Source: Podarcis bocagei
Taxonomy: Eukaryota
DNA length: 64,000 nucleotides
Assembly: GCA_964188305.1 (NCBI GenBank)
Contig: OZ076885.1
Direction: 5' to 3' (one strand)
Shown: positions 48,116 through 62,341 of the stretch, piece by piece
Position numbering within the stretch: position 1 is the first letter of the stretch
Layout of the letters: every line of letters starts with the position of its first letter
Notes under the pieces: generated by a model
What the model saw: only the letters and a program-made list of their open reading frames with translations
What the model was told of the DNA's origin: nothing
Databases searched by the model: none
Translations under genes and position numbers: made by a program

Positions 48116-49152
48116 GACACAGTGCTGATGACAAAACAAAAACAACAGTTCTAAACTTCAAAGACTGACAATTATCCAAAACCCTGACAGGACTAATACT
48201 ATACAGAAAACAGTCCTTGATTTTGTATTCCCCAAAGAGGTTTCTGTTTTCCTGCCTTGTTTGCAGGGCACTATATAATTTCCATGTGTTGGGCTTACCT
48301 TATTGTTTCAAGGTGGTCAAGGGCCCAATTTCATTCATTAAAACAGTTCTCTATTAAGTATTTATCATTCTGCAGTCTCTCCAACTACCTGTGCTTCCTG
48401 GTCTAAAAAAGACCCATAGGAAGAGGATGCCTTCCCCTTTGATGAAGAAAGGTGAGGAGGGTGGCTATCAAGTGCTTGAAACTGGCGCACTCCCTGATTT
48501 TGTTTGGAAGAAAAGTCATTAAAAAAAACTCAGTCTCCTTAGCTTTCTGACATTACAAGAAAGGAAAGCATAGACCACCAGAGAGGAGAATTGTAGAATG
48601 AAAAGGAGACACTTAAACATCACACACAAAAAATCCCAGCCACTTCAAAAGTATTCCTTCAGAATTTCTGTGAAATGTTCTAGACCCATTGATAATTTGC
48701 AAATACAATTCATTTTCTCTTTAAATGGTGGTTTTAAAAATCAGATTTTATTGACACAGCACTAATAATGAGATTGCCAATACTGTGCTTAAGAGCTGGA
48801 CTGCTCAAGGAACAGAATAAGTGTAAAATCCGCATATGAAAAAGAGGACCGCACCACTTCGAACCATAGGTGCTCTTCTGCTGACTGTACTGAAATTGCC
48901 CAGCAGACCAGAGTGGAAGCTTCTGACTCCAGGTCCGACCACAAGACTCCACCTACTAGTGACCCACTGATTGAATGGTTCAAAAACTAGGCTTTTGGCA
49001 GGCAATCCCACCCTGCAATGTAACCAGTCGGAGTGGCCCCACACATCCTGGCTGCCCGGGTGATTGTGACTGACCTTTGAGAGGCCACAATCACCACCCA
49101 GCCAGTATGGGATTAGAGGCCAATTTGCCATGAAAAGTGAGGAACCTCACTG

Positions 49153-49154
<2 letters not shown>

Positions 49155-49216
<62 letters not shown>
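49155..49216. repeat. (AG)31 microsatellite
   Basis: Direct reading. Confidence 0.95.
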
Positions 49217-49219
<3 letters not shown>

Positions 49220-51621
49220 GAATACATTCAAACCCATGGTCCATATTAAGAAGCTCTGTTGATATTATAAATGAGAAAGAAAACAGGTAGGTTACATAAA
49301 AATAAAGTAAAATGGTTTATTCTCTAATTAATCTGAAGAGGAATCTCAAAGAGGATTCCCCGTTCAAGTGTGGCCATGTGGTGCTTAGGTCCCCTTCTAG
49401 CATAGGTGCCGGGGCTAAGGGGCTCTGGGTGCCATAGCTCCCTCAACATTTTTAAGGAGGGGCCAGGTACACACAAGGTGCAGCACAGCTACATGTGCAT
49501 GGCGTGGGGTATGCATGTGCTACATCATCATGCCCCCCTGGTATACACACACTATGTCACCATGCCCTGCTATGTGAGCAAGTGACATGAGCATGCTGGC
49601 GGCATGATACCGCAGCACACACATGCTGGGGGACGTGATGACATAGTGCGCACCTCCCCCAGTGTGTGCGTATGACCTGGTGATGGCGCGCGGCCCTGGG
49701 TCACACTTCAAAGGCAGTGTTTTGACAATCGTAACACATTCTGTACAACAGCACATCATATCCAACATGTACACAGAGGGAAATGGCCTGCTGTTACCTT
49801 TCAACCACCCAGAAAGTAAAAGAGTCTTCCAAACTATTTCTGGAAAAACAGAGCCATGAGGAGAGAATTACTGCTCAGCACACAGAGGATGTTTGAAATA
49901 CGACAGCTAGGTTGCTATTTAATGAGGAGGCTAGGACGTTGCATCAGGTAATTGTGAAAAGGGGCAGTTTGTTCTACACAACAGTATCTTCCATGCTTTC
50001 TCCTTATCAAATTATATGGAGGGCTTAGTATGACAAACACACAAGAAATGGGTTAATTGTGTCAAGCATGCTGAGATCACAACACTAAACAAAAGAATTG
50101 CTTTTAAAAAAGTTGGGATTTTGCTTTAATGGCAAAGTGGACATACTATATGAGAAAAATAAAAAACAGCAACAAGATACCTTTATGTTAAGTTGGGAAC
50201 CATTTTTTGGACATTGCATAAAAGCATATTGTTTTTCCAATCAAAAGGTGGCCTTGGAATATTTTAAGATTTTATATGGTAGAGATGCTTTAGAATAAAT
50301 AGCATAAATAATTGACTTTATTTATACTTTTGATTTGTGTATGTCTGTGGTTTTTGTGTCTTTCTCCCTTTTATTCTGGTATTGTCAAAATAATATTTGA
50401 GAAAACGAAACAACAGGTGGAAACAAGCCAGAATCAATAAGCTGTAACTAGAACATCTGCAATATATATACACACACAAAACAGCAGAGGAGCAATGAGA
50501 AAGACAAAGTGATGGTGGATAAATGAAAACGACTTGTTTATCTTTAGGACAAGGACAAGCACCATGCATACTAGAAAGTGGCTTCAGACATAGTTATGTG
50601 AAGGTAAAAACAACAAAGAGACTTGCCGCTTCATAACGACTAACAGATTAATTGTTGCATTACAGTATATGCCACAATAAATCTGTTAAAGTGCTACCAG
50701 ACTCTTTGCTATTTCTGGTGCAACACACGCAATTATCCACCCTGAATTATGCACTCAAGTGTTCTGAAAGCAGCTTCAAACATTGCGCATCAGTCTGAAG
50801 CTTCCCACAGAGCACAGGCAGCAAGCATGGAACACACACCCTGCAATATATGAAAGGTCACAAACTTCCACTATTCAGGACAGGAGAAACTGCATATGGT
50901 TGGCTGCAAGAGAGAAATAAAACAAAGCAACTTTGGAGGGAAAAAGAAAGTAGAGATCTGAGAAAAGGTGGGTGGAATCTTGGTGGAAATGGAGTGGAAG
51001 TCAGGGAATTCCTAGCAAGTGTCCTCCTGTGCTTTTAAACAGGTCCATTAAAGGATGAAATTGTACCACAATGTACCAAAACCTGTTCTCTATTCCATCA
51101 CAAAAGAGGTTTCTGTTTTTCTTTGTCATTTGTGGGGCACTTTAGGATTTATTTTTTATTTTTTTAAAAAAGAGAATTTCTTTAACATTTTGATGGGTGT
51201 GGGATTCAACTTAGTTTACCTCAGTGTGTTTGTGGGCTTTTCTTATTCTTCCCATAAAACATCCCCCCCCCCCATAAAACACTTCTTCATAATTTGAAAA
51301 ACCCTGCGGGATTTCTTCTATATGTATTTTTTGTTTAAATATTGTTATTTTTAAAAAATCCCTCTCTTCAACCAAAAAGGCTCCCATAGCATAGCATTTT
51401 ACACATCACTACAAAAAAGCAGACATTACTTCACAACACCTTCCCATGTGCTTTAATTGAAGTGAAGGAAGTCAGAGAGGGTGGCTACCGAAGATCCGAG
51501 ATCGACGCACTCATCAATTTTGTTTTAAATGAAAGTATTTCCTTTCACCATTTTTTTTTAAAAATATAAATAAATAAATAAAAAGACAAAGCCTTTCTGC
51601 AGTGAATTCTTTAAAAGAGTT

Positions 51622-51622
<1 letters not shown>

Positions 51623-51652
<30 letters not shown>

Positions 51653-51654
51653 AA
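51623..51654. repeat. (AAG)10 microsatellite
   Basis: Direct reading. Confidence 0.93.
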
Positions 51655-54274
51655 TAAAAAAAACAGAGTGCTAGTAAAAATACGAGTCAAGATAGTCAAG
51701 GGGAGAATGGCAGAGCCAAAGGCAAAAGGTACCAGCCATTTGCCCATGCAGTTTGGAAGTGAAAGGAAAGGGTGGTGTAGAATAGAAGATACCAAGAGAC
51801 AGCTAAGCAGGAGAAAAGTTAAGCAAGCTTGAAAGTGGAAGCTAAATAGCCTGTGTTTCTCCAGTCTCTGCAATGCAGGAGATCTGTCTCTGCACTAAAA
51901 CAGGTAAGTTGCAGCAACACAAAAGAATAGGCCTGAATAGTTCCACACAACACTTTCCAGGATATATGAGAACGCCTCTCCCTCACTGTTTTTTTTCTAT
52001 GCTTGCACATACATAGATGAGACTCTTTGAAACAAGGAAAAAATTATTCTTTAACAAAGGGTTGCAAAGACTAAAAATGGCAAGAGCATCATTAGCAGCA
52101 TTGTTGGGCTACTTGGAACACATCATATTAAGGAGTAAAACTTGTATATCTTTTATTTAAAAATCTGCATAAATAATTAAACATGGCTTCTGGTATAAGT
52201 TGGCCTAAATAAAGGATTTGAATGTGTTTCACCACTTACTGATCAAGCTGAGTCTTCATTCCCCTTGATGAATACAATCTCATGCACCCAGCTAAATGAT
52301 ACACTGTGCTTATGTAGCCATGTTTTGATTAGGCACAGATGCATTTAATTAGCAGTTTGTTTGATCAATTAGAAAATGAACCCTAAAGTCACCTACTTGC
52401 GTAGATCTGCTTTGAACAAGAATTTTAATCTTAGTGATGACTCCTAAAGAAATGAAGGGGAAAGAATATAATTAAACCATTAGCACATGGGGGGAAAGCC
52501 TTTGCTAGGTGCGAAGCAAGGAAAGCAAAAAAGCTTTAAATGCTAAACATATAGATTTCCAAACAAAGCAGAGAGTCAAGTGGCTCATGGGGTGCGCAAT
52601 GGGATATGAAGCTCTAAACTGAACCCCCATCATTAGTTCTTTGAATATTCTCTCAATCAGTAATGACCGACTGTGAAATTTTCACAAGTGCTGGGAATTG
52701 ATTTTCTCTCCTCCTACTGAAATCAATGGTGAAATTCCCATTGACTTCACCACTGGAGCAGAGTTAGATCAATATTTGAGTGCTCTTGAAAATACCATCT
52801 GACGTAAACATCATTATTATGTGGCTACAGAATTTATGGTGTTGCACCTCCACTTTTCATAGGTATTTGAAATTATAAAGAAGTTCCAGATTACACCAAA
52901 TTGTTGTGATATTTATGTATGTAGGACTTTACATAGTACCAGTCTGACAGGTGCCAGTCCTAAGATGCACACAATATAAAATAGACTCACTGAAATGAGA
53001 TGTAGGAGAGACTTGGAGGCATTGGTAGACAGGAGAAGAATGAGTGATTACTTAATTTCCACGTACTTTAACTTAGTTACAATAGCAACTAAGAGACCCC
53101 CTATTCTCATCACAGAGCTACAATTTCCAGAATGGTTTAACACTCAAACCTGCTTCCCAGGCGATTCTGGAGATTGTAGCTCTCTCAGGGTAATACAATC
53201 ATGCCGACAACTCTCAACACCCTTAAAAAGTACAGTTCCCAGAATTCTTTAGGGGAAGCCATGACTGTTTACAGTGATACAATACTGCTTTAAATATATA
53301 GTGCACAAGGTGCCTTAGTTTGTACCAGAATTCACCATGATCAAGTTCCTTAAGTATCCTTAGTCACTTATTGGAATTCTCACCTCAGGGAGGCTCCCCT
53401 GGTACTACTAACTTCATTAATATATTTTCAGCACTAGGCGAAAAACATTTTACTCAAGTTCCCATACCTATTAACATCTGAGGATTTTTTTTTTTTACCC
53501 CATAATTTTGTAATTGTTTGTATAGAGTTGTATTACTATTCTTGTATTAAATGACAAAATATTTATCCTATAGTATACAGGATTTAACTATAGAAGGAAT
53601 TCCCTCCCCCCCTGTAGTGCCTTTCATGAGTTAAGTCCTCTTATTTTATTCTTCTTCTTTCCTCTGTAATTTGGGCTCGGGTGTGATTATCAATTTATAA
53701 CAGTAAAACCAAAGTGTGGCAAGATTAAATCAGCTGTGCAGATCCACACAAGTATTTTGCTGCAAAGCTGAGAATGAACCAGCTGGGCCCCGTCAGAAAA
53801 CCATTAAAAAATCATTCCTACCTGGACACTATTTTCTGAGGTGATGCTCACTTTTCCTTTGATAGCATTTAAGACCAGCATAGCTCCTCTTTCTCAACAA
53901 ACTTTCTGCAACCCTGAAACCTTGATGCTACTGAGTTTTTTGTTGGGCTTTTTTTTTCCTCGAGGAGGACAAATGTAATATTCCATACTGTTTGCCTGCA
54001 CTGTTGGAGCATTTTATTAAACTGGTGTTTTTATTTTCCCTGAACGTCAAACTGGCAGCCTCTAAAATTCCCTACTCACAGGCTGTCTGCAAAAAGTGCC
54101 CTTTACTGTCGACAAAGGTGTGTCTAGAATAAGCACTTTTTCATCCTCTGTTGGGAATGGTTTCCTGCTGCCAAGTTGAGGGAGCAGATGTACTTGGATC
54201 ACAGATAAAAATGTGGACAGAAGAGGAAATTCTATTTTAATGGAGGAATGTACAGTAGTTAAGGTAAAGAATAT

Positions 54275-54338
54275 TATGTATTTATTGATTCAGTTTATAT
54301 CCGCTGTTTATCCTGAAGGAGCCCAGGGTAGAAAATGC

Positions 54339-54389
<51 letters not shown>

Positions 54390-54853
54390 TCAAAACATTC
54401 TAGAAATAGTTTGAAACATTATTTCAGGGTTGCCAAGAACAGCATCTTTTGGCCATCAAATGTCTGGTTAAACAGGAATGTTCTTACCTTCTCCTGAAAG
54501 TCAATAATGAGGGAATTCCACAAACAGGGAAGCACCTTTGAAAAGGTCCTGTTATGGGTCAGTTATTGGTAGGGGCACCAAAAAGGTCTCTCCTGATTAT
54601 TTTAGGGTTCAAGATGGTTGATACAGAGGAAGGTCCTAATTTGATGTATTTGTGTCATAAGCCATTGGGTGTTTTATATGGTAATACTACCACCTTGAAT
54701 TAGGCCTAGTAGCTCACTGGCAGCCAGCACAGTGCTTTAAAGACCAGCAAAACAAGGTCCCATTGGGCTGCCCCACTTGCTAGCCTAGTATCCACATTTC
54801 TAGCGGCAGTCTTCAAGGGCAGCCCCCCATATAGCAAATTGCAGTAGTCCAGG
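54275..54853 (-). mobile_element. L2 LINE 3' portion with a (CAA)17 tract at 54338-54388 in its 3'UTR
   Basis: Minus strand reads LDYCNLLYGGLPLKT, then LHWL-like and FKVVV motifs, ending in an aataaatacata tail. Confidence 0.7.
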
Positions 54854-57449
54854 ACTGTTATGGAAGGGTTATTTTACTAATAGGTTTGAATGATATTGTA
54901 AATGGCTCCAGGGCTGAGGCTGGTAAGCACCCATAAAATGCATGTGCTCAGCCTTTGGGTCCTTTTCAGAAGATAACAGAGTTGTTCTGCCTAAGTTTCT
55001 GTAATTGCAGATAGTATTAATTTTCTGGCCAGGTCTAGTATAAAAACTTTCTGTCCATGCTCCAGGTTCTGAAGTGTTGTAAACCAAGATTTTGGCACAG
55101 CTACCCATGACCCCAGCCTTGTAGACCACTACTATTAATTAGAAAGACAGAGTACATTGTATTGCAGCGCCCTTTACCTTTAAGCTAGAGCATTAATATT
55201 GGCTACAATCCAGTGCACTCCAATCGCACTGAGCACAATAGAACTTATTTATAAGCAGACATGTATAGGATATTAAGATTTCACTGTTAGGCGAGCTCAA
55301 GTCCCCTGAAGCCTGTCATCATTTATTCTGGGACAAAATTACTAGACTGATTTCAAAGCCTGGTCTCCTAGGCCATCAATGCAGATGCTGCAAAATGCCC
55401 AGATATGAACCAAATATATTTGTCCATGAACCAAATATATTTGGAAGGGTTTTTATAAGTAGAAATGTTTATCTATGGGAGAGATATTGGGGGACTAGGA
55501 TATAAATAGATGCCATGATTCCGACTGCATTTTGCTCTTATAAATTTGCTCTGTCATCTCAATGACAATCCAAAGATGTACCCTCAGGTCTGAGGAATTA
55601 TTATGGATTTGGACTGAATGCAAAGGAGGATGCAGGATAAATCGACATGTTAAATTGTTTCTGAAAGCTGCAACCACTAAATCAAATACTAGGTTGCTAA
55701 GGGAGATATGTTTTTCTATTGTTCACTAACCTGTAGCAAGTAAATAAGATAATAAAGAGGAAAGGGAAGCCTTAGCCACAGATGGCCTAACAATTAAGTA
55801 GAGTGAGGTGGCTGCCTTGGACAGCTGATTTTGGGTGTCATGAAAGGGAACGATTTACGATTATTAAATTTTTACTGCCAGGAAGTGGTAGAGACAAGAG
55901 ATTTTCTTTATCAGGTGTCAAAATAAGTTGACTGGTCTTAGTAACAGGGAATTTGATGTGGAGGGGGCATTTTCTGTTCTGTCTCAGACAGCAACTTTTA
56001 CTGGGCCAGACTTCATCTTAGCAGATGTGTAACGTGATTAGAGTGGTGAATGTTTAATGCAAATAAAATATGTACATAAAAAGTAGCCTTTGCACATATC
56101 AAAACAATCCAAAAGAATTTCTTCCTTTATAGTTGGAAACTTTATTGTTAGAAATTTACAATATAGTCTTAGAAGGTTACTGGCTGTTCAACAGCATAAA
56201 AATAAAATTGCATTTCTTTGTATGGCATTGTTGTAGATGGAGCGTGTTGCTATTGTTGCTTAAATGAGTCAGTGAAATTATTGTGGTGGACAGGGGTTTG
56301 AGAAGTGGCTTTTCATTGCAGGATTCTTTTTCAGTTTCTCTTTCAATTTCAGATATACAATTCAACTGATTATTTTTTCCCCTCATCTGCTAATGAAAAA
56401 AAGATCTGCACTGATCAAAATTTGCCCCTTTATATCTCTTTGATGTGCAAGCACGTGGCATGTTTGCTCATCTTAGCATTTGTAGAGGCACAGTTGAGAG
56501 TTGTTGTTACTATTTTTAAGGAGGGAAAACCTGGAACCAAACTTCTTACCTGCATATAACTGTCTAGCGGTGTTTTATCTGCGCATTCCATAGCCAGCCT
56601 GCAGCTGTTGATCCTGTTGGAAGTAGGTCAGAGGAGTAACCCTTTGACTCAAAAATGCCAGTCATGTTCATTCCCCAGATATGACTCATGATCCCTGGAA
56701 GCAAATTCGACAAGCAAACTGAAGTAGAAGATGCTAGAGTTACAGGATGATTTTGGGGAATGAACATTTTAACTGAATAAACACTGTGATAAATTGGGGC
56801 ATCATTTGATTGCAGATTAATCATCTTAATTAATCAAAGCTAGCCATCTTGAGATGCATATGGAGTAGACAGCAGGAGAAAGAGCATATGTCCTGTGTGG
56901 GTTGCTGTAGCAAGTAAGGGTAGAACAAAAGGGGAACCAACACAAGGTTTTGTGCCTAATGATGTTCTCTTGCAGAGTGACCCCAAGTAATGCAAAGTAT
57001 TCTTTTTGCCTGTGTTTTTGCTGACCATGCTCTCCCCAGCATATCAACTCCAAAAAGTCCTGGGATATGTATATTCCTAGGAACCTAAAATCTCTATGAA
57101 CATATAAGCACCCTGCAAAACTACACATTCACAGGCATGCTGACAAGTTTGATTTATGTTCTGAGGGCAAGCAGAATCTCTTGGGGAAATGATAATTCAT
57201 AATTCACCCTAGCATTAAGGGCCAGATAATTATGAAATTTAAGAAGATCACTACTTTCTCCACAACCTTAGATTATTTGATAGCCCCCTTTTCAGGATAT
57301 TTTCAGGATATAGTGAAAGATTGACCCCTGACTTGGAACAGCTCCAGCCAAACTCCACATAGGCGTAATGTAAAGATAAGAGTGTTATAATTCCAGTCTC
57401 AAGCTGCTTCTTAGATTCTGACTCAGCCGAGGTCTTAATGACACCCTTA

Positions 57450-57822
57450 AAAAAGTAAAGGTAAAGGACCCCTGACCATTAAGTCCAGTCGTGAATGACT
57501 CTGGCCTTGCGGCGCTCATCTCACTTTAGAAGCCGAGGGAGCTGGCGTTTGTCCGCAGACAGTTTTTCTGGGTCATGTGGCCAGCATGACTAAGCCGCTT
57601 CTGGTGAAACCAGAGCAGCGCACAGAAACACCATTTATCTTCCCTCTGGAGTGGTACCTATTTATCTATTTGCACTTTGACGTGCTTTCGAACAGCTAGG
57701 TTGGCAAGAGATGGGGCCGAGCAACAGGAGCAAACCCTGTCACGGGGATTCGAACTGCCAACCTTCTGATCGGCAAGCCCAAGAGGCTCAGTGGTTTAGA
57801 CCACAGCACCACCCGTGTCCCT
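57450..57822 (-). mobile_element. Sauria SINE, full length
   Basis: Minus strand starts gggacacgggtggtgctgtggtctaaaccactgagcc; B box gttcgaatccc; core ggtcatgtggccagcatgact; (ACCTTT)n tail; 15-bp TSD ttaatgacaccctta (57435-57449, 57823-57837). Confidence 0.95.
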
Positions 57823-58437
57823 TTAATGACACCCTTAGCCACTGTTAAACTAGGATTTGGGAGGTAGGACCCTCAGTGCAGACTGACTGAAGATCCACCT
57901 ATATCCAAAGCCACCAAACATGAAATCTCTTGAAGAATTGCCATGCAATGTACACAAATCTCCACAGTCTTCTGGCACAGCTTCACTAGTCCTGCCAGGA
58001 AAATATTGAAGAATGATGAAGTGCCAGACTGCAGGCTAAAATGCTATTTCTTTACATTGATCAGGGAAGACATAAAACTGCATAATGTATATGACAACAG
58101 TGTCTCATACCGAATGCAAACGAACTGTGAAAAAGACACTGAATTAAAAGTGGAGACACCATATGTACTTTTCTTTGTTTATTTGTTTCTTACACAAGAA
58201 AATCATTGGTAAAAACTAATTAAAAAGAAAATAGCCCAATATAGGCAGGAGACCTGGTAAGAAGATAAAAATGATTCATTCCATGCCTGGAACTTGTTAG
58301 TCCAAGTTGGCTGTTACTTAGAAGTTCTTTATCATTCAAAACACCCTCCCTCTGTCTCTGGGCCTGCTTCCTAACTTTCCTTGGGAACTTTGATTCATGA
58401 GCATCTTCCTACTCATTGAATTAATGTACTTATAAAC

Positions 58438-58682
58438 CAGGGTTGCCATATTTCAGAAAGTGAAAATCCGGACGCAAAAGTTGTTGAGCTTTCTTTGCAA
58501 AATCTTAAAATATTTACGTGTTTGAGCTAGTTTTAAAGGAAATTTGCCAAAATCTAAACTTCTAACATGGGTTGCCATACATCTGGATTTTCCTGGACAT
58601 TTCAGCGATTTCTGCCCAGACACTGTTTCCAACTGCCGTATTCCATCTACGTCTGGGAAATTCAGGACATATGTCTGCTCTG
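58438..58682. mobile_element. hAT MITE (cagggttgccata family)
   Basis: Perfect 8-bp TSD ttataaac (58430-58437, 58683-58690); left TIR cagggttgccatat; right TIR decayed (atatgtctgctctg); internal (cc/ct)ggac motifs. Confidence 0.8.
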
Positions 58683-59452
58683 TTATAAACTACATTTACC
58701 TTGTGCCTCCTGGTCAACTGTTAGCTGAGCTCATCTTCACTCTTTAGCCCTTGTGAGTTTTATGTTATGACCTGTTAGGACAGGGCAAAGAACAAGAAAG
58801 GGTAGAAGGAAGAGAGCATGCAAAATTGCTGATTCACACTACAATTGATTCTACAGGAAATGGAGATGCTGTGCAATTCTTCTTACAACTGATCTGAAAA
58901 TGACTCATGCTCTAGGTTTCAATTCCCATAACTTCTTTTGGGGATTTTTGGGTTGCTAATATTGTTACAGACCTGACTCTCCCAGGAAACTCAAGCCCCA
59001 CTATTTTATTGACAAAATATTTGAGGGTTGGGGGTTGGGGTTCTGTTCGCTCACCCCTTGTGATGTTATTTTCCCCAAAACAGATAAGATATTGATTTTA
59101 ACATGTTATTCTAGGTTCATCAACATGACACCTACAAAATATCTCAATAAATATCTCTTCAAAAATCCACAGTGAATTAGAGACCATTGGCCCACCCTCT
59201 CCTACAATGAACATGGCTCCTTAAACATGGCAACGTTTCATTGGATGCTAGAAGTGGGCACACACTCTTCTGTTTTGAGTGGTGCAATGCCCATACTGTG
59301 TTATGCCACAGTCCCACATAACAACAGCAACAATGTAGTGCTATGCCATGCCCCATGACACTCAGTTTGTGACTGGTGCCTACAGCACTCTTTCTACATT
59401 CCAAATATGCCTCTTGCCCAAAATGTTTGATGACTCTGGTGTATATTATATC

Positions 59453-59590
59453 CAGTGCTATATTTTTTTGAAAAAGAGGTGCCAGAACTCATTATGAACG
59501 CCTCCCTTGTTCTCTTAGAATGGCAATGGCGGCCACCTGAGAGGTACCAGAACTGAGTTCTGGTGAGTCCAGCTGGGGGGGAAAGCCCTG
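59453..59590. mobile_element. hAT MITE
   Basis: cagtgcta...aagccctg; perfect 8-bp TSD attatatc (59445-59452, 59591-59598). Confidence 0.82.
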
Positions 59591-60359
59591 ATTATATCCC
59601 ATATTCTGTGATTTTGGTAACATTCTGTGGCTTTGGTAATGTTAACGTTTTGTAAATAATACCCATTGCCAGCTTTTAATCTGAAAACAATTCATATTGT
59701 CTTATAGCTTGTAATATTTCCTCATAAACCATGCAAAATATCACCCAACTGCTTTTCTTTTTCTTTTTGCATATATTGGTATGTGGAAAGGGAAGCCCTT
59801 ACCCCAGCAGTGCACCTTCTGGTATTTAAAACAATCTCTCACAGCAGGACGCAATAGCACTTGAAATGATTAAAACAAGCACTAAAATGTCATTATAGAT
59901 TAATGAAATCCTGTCATCAAGCAACACAGGCAGGGCACTTCTGTCAGACTCTAGAAGTTGCAATAAAAATGAAGAAAGTGAAGTTGAAGTTTTGGATAAG
60001 GGAAGGGAACTAGGGGAACTAAGATCAACAATGTTTCCGCTTCCCTTCCTCCTACCCCCACCCTCACCTACTAACACAGAATGTGCTGTTTTGTCTGAAA
60101 GAATATGTTGCCCAGTGTAGTGCCCCCGATGCAACATATTTATGGGATCCTGTTCTATCTGTTCTGGAGGAAGTTTCACTCATCTTAAAGGTACTCTGCT
60201 TGGGGAATACTTATGGATCCATTACTGACCCTTGCTTAGTTTCCCTGTCTGGACAGAAATAACCTGGTTTTAGTCGCCTATGCCCTGGAAATCTCTAGGT
60301 TGCCAGATTATTAACTGGGACCAGAAGATCTGAGCATTTTACACAGATTCTAGCCCAAG

Positions 60360-60530
60360 TGCACTGGCTGCCAATTACTTTCTGGGCTCAATTCAAAGCG
60401 CTAGTTGTGACCTCTGAAGCCACAGGACCCCAGGACCCAAAATACTGCCTTTCCACACATGAATTGGCCTAGACACTGCAGTCATCATCAAAGGCTTCTA
60501 CTTTATGCTTCTGCTGAAGCATAAAGATGG
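60360..60530 (+). mobile_element. L2 fragment
   Basis: HWLPITFWAQFKALVVTSEA. Confidence 0.6.
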
Positions 60531-60794
60531 CAATAGCTCAAGAATGAAATCATAGGTTTCATGTTTTAGTTATTGGATTGTTCCTGGAAAAAATATATCC
60601 TCATGAGCATATGTGTGAGCATATTGCACAAGTGAATGACTTCCATTTCAAACCTGTAATCTGCAGAACCAGACAGCTTCTACTCTCTTGTTAAAAAAGC
60701 AAGCAGTTCAGTTGCATAACATATCCTTGCAGCTTCATAGAATACAGCATATAACTCACATGAGCAATCTTTTGCCTGGAAAATGTGCAATGAA

Positions 60795-61198
60795 TAGGGA
60801 TGGGAGGAGCTATCTATTTTGGTTTCCTCAGTTTCTCATTTTTTCCTATCTTAAGTTCAGTTTTCCACATTTCTGCAGCAATTTGCACTTTTTTATATTT
60901 TTAAAAACATGAAAATCCATCAGCATTTGACAAATGTACATATTTTTGCAAGTGATTTCTCCTACTATAATGCATGTTTTATGTTATTTTCAACTAATAT
61001 ACTCATTTTTATGCATACTTTCCCCTAACAGATGCATTTGTGCTGACACTGGTTCATTGGGGAGCTATATCTCAAAAATCAGATATGTGTGCATTTCAAA
61101 GGATGGCGGTGTTTTGGTTCTCATGTGGTTTTGGAAAGTGTAAATTTTACGGATTCACCTTTAACTGCAAACTGCATCTAATTTCTCTCCCATTTCTA
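60795..61198. mobile_element. Old AT-rich TIR element (tagggatgggag...ctcccatttcta)
   Basis: Inverted termini and an internal tgca-rich pattern; no clear TSD. Confidence 0.5.
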
Positions 61199-62203
61199 AC
61201 CATGAGCAAGCCTGATGAATTCTGCCTGCTTCCCTGTTATGGCAGATAAAATGAATTTGCCACGGCACAACTGCAATTAGTGAAATGCATGTGTCTGTGT
61301 TATTTCTGGAGGGGTAATAATTCCGTGTTGAACTCTGAGCTCATAAATTGCTTGTCACTGTCACATAATGACAGGAAACTTTGGCGTCCCTAATTCTGCC
61401 CACCGCAAGATCTCCCTCCTTCCTTCTTTCTCAGCTGTTCTGCCAGAACATATGAGAATTCAAACAATGATGATTGGTTTCCATTGGTACAGAACTATTC
61501 TCCGGAACATTGAGGGAAGTGATAGTTCAAGGCTGCTCCTTTTCCTCTTTTCATCATTGCCTAGTGTTGTTTTACTTTGCTCATTGCAGAGAGAAACAGA
61601 TTATCCAGTGTGTGGGCTGGCAGCAGCCAGCAGGCTTTCTCATTTTTCCTGCAGTACAACCCAGTGGGGATCTCCAGCAATTTGAAACGTGTATGCATTC
61701 TGGCTGATCTGTCGTCATCGCCACCATTGCCCGCAGTGCATACCCATAAATTCCCAAGGCAGACATGCCATTACACACAATATGATTTGTACTGCAGCAG
61801 CAGCTGGTGAGATAGAGAGATCTCACAGGATGCTGCACAGGAGGAGAAATATTCCCGCACTGGATCAGTCCATTGGGCCATTAAACCTCATGCATTGCCT
61901 CTGGCAGTGGCCACTAGTGGAGGCTTCAAATGAAAACACCACAGAAAGTATTGGGCACATTGAAGAAGGTCAAAAAAGGGCAGCACTTGCTTGAACATGC
62001 CATTAACTATCAGCTTCCAAATTGCCATCCATTCACACATATGAACACATACACACATGTAGAGGACACCTGGTGTGTGTTTGAATGTTGCACTCTCAGG
62101 AATGCTGGTTTGTACTATGCTTGAAGGTGCCATTGCAGTTTAACCTTGGTATACTGATTGTACATAATAGGGCAATTTCACAGTACAGTAACATGTTCTA
62201 GAA

Positions 62204-62341
62204 CACCCTATCTCAACCTGTGGGTCCCCAGATGTTGTTGAACTACAACTCCCATCACCCCTAGCTAGCAAGGCCAGAGCTCAGGGATGATGGGAGTTGT
62301 AGTCCAACAACATCTGGGGACCCACAGGTTGAGAACCGCTG
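62204..62341. mobile_element. Palindromic hAT-like MITE
   Basis: Long arms tctcaacctgtgggtccccagatgttgttgaactacaactcccatca / tgatgggagttgtagtccaacaacatctggggacccacaggttgaga; TSD ttctagaa / atctagag. Confidence 0.88.

Noticed and set aside
51514-51873. Poly-Lys and poly-Phe ORFs
   Set aside because: They are translations of the (AAG)n microsatellite.
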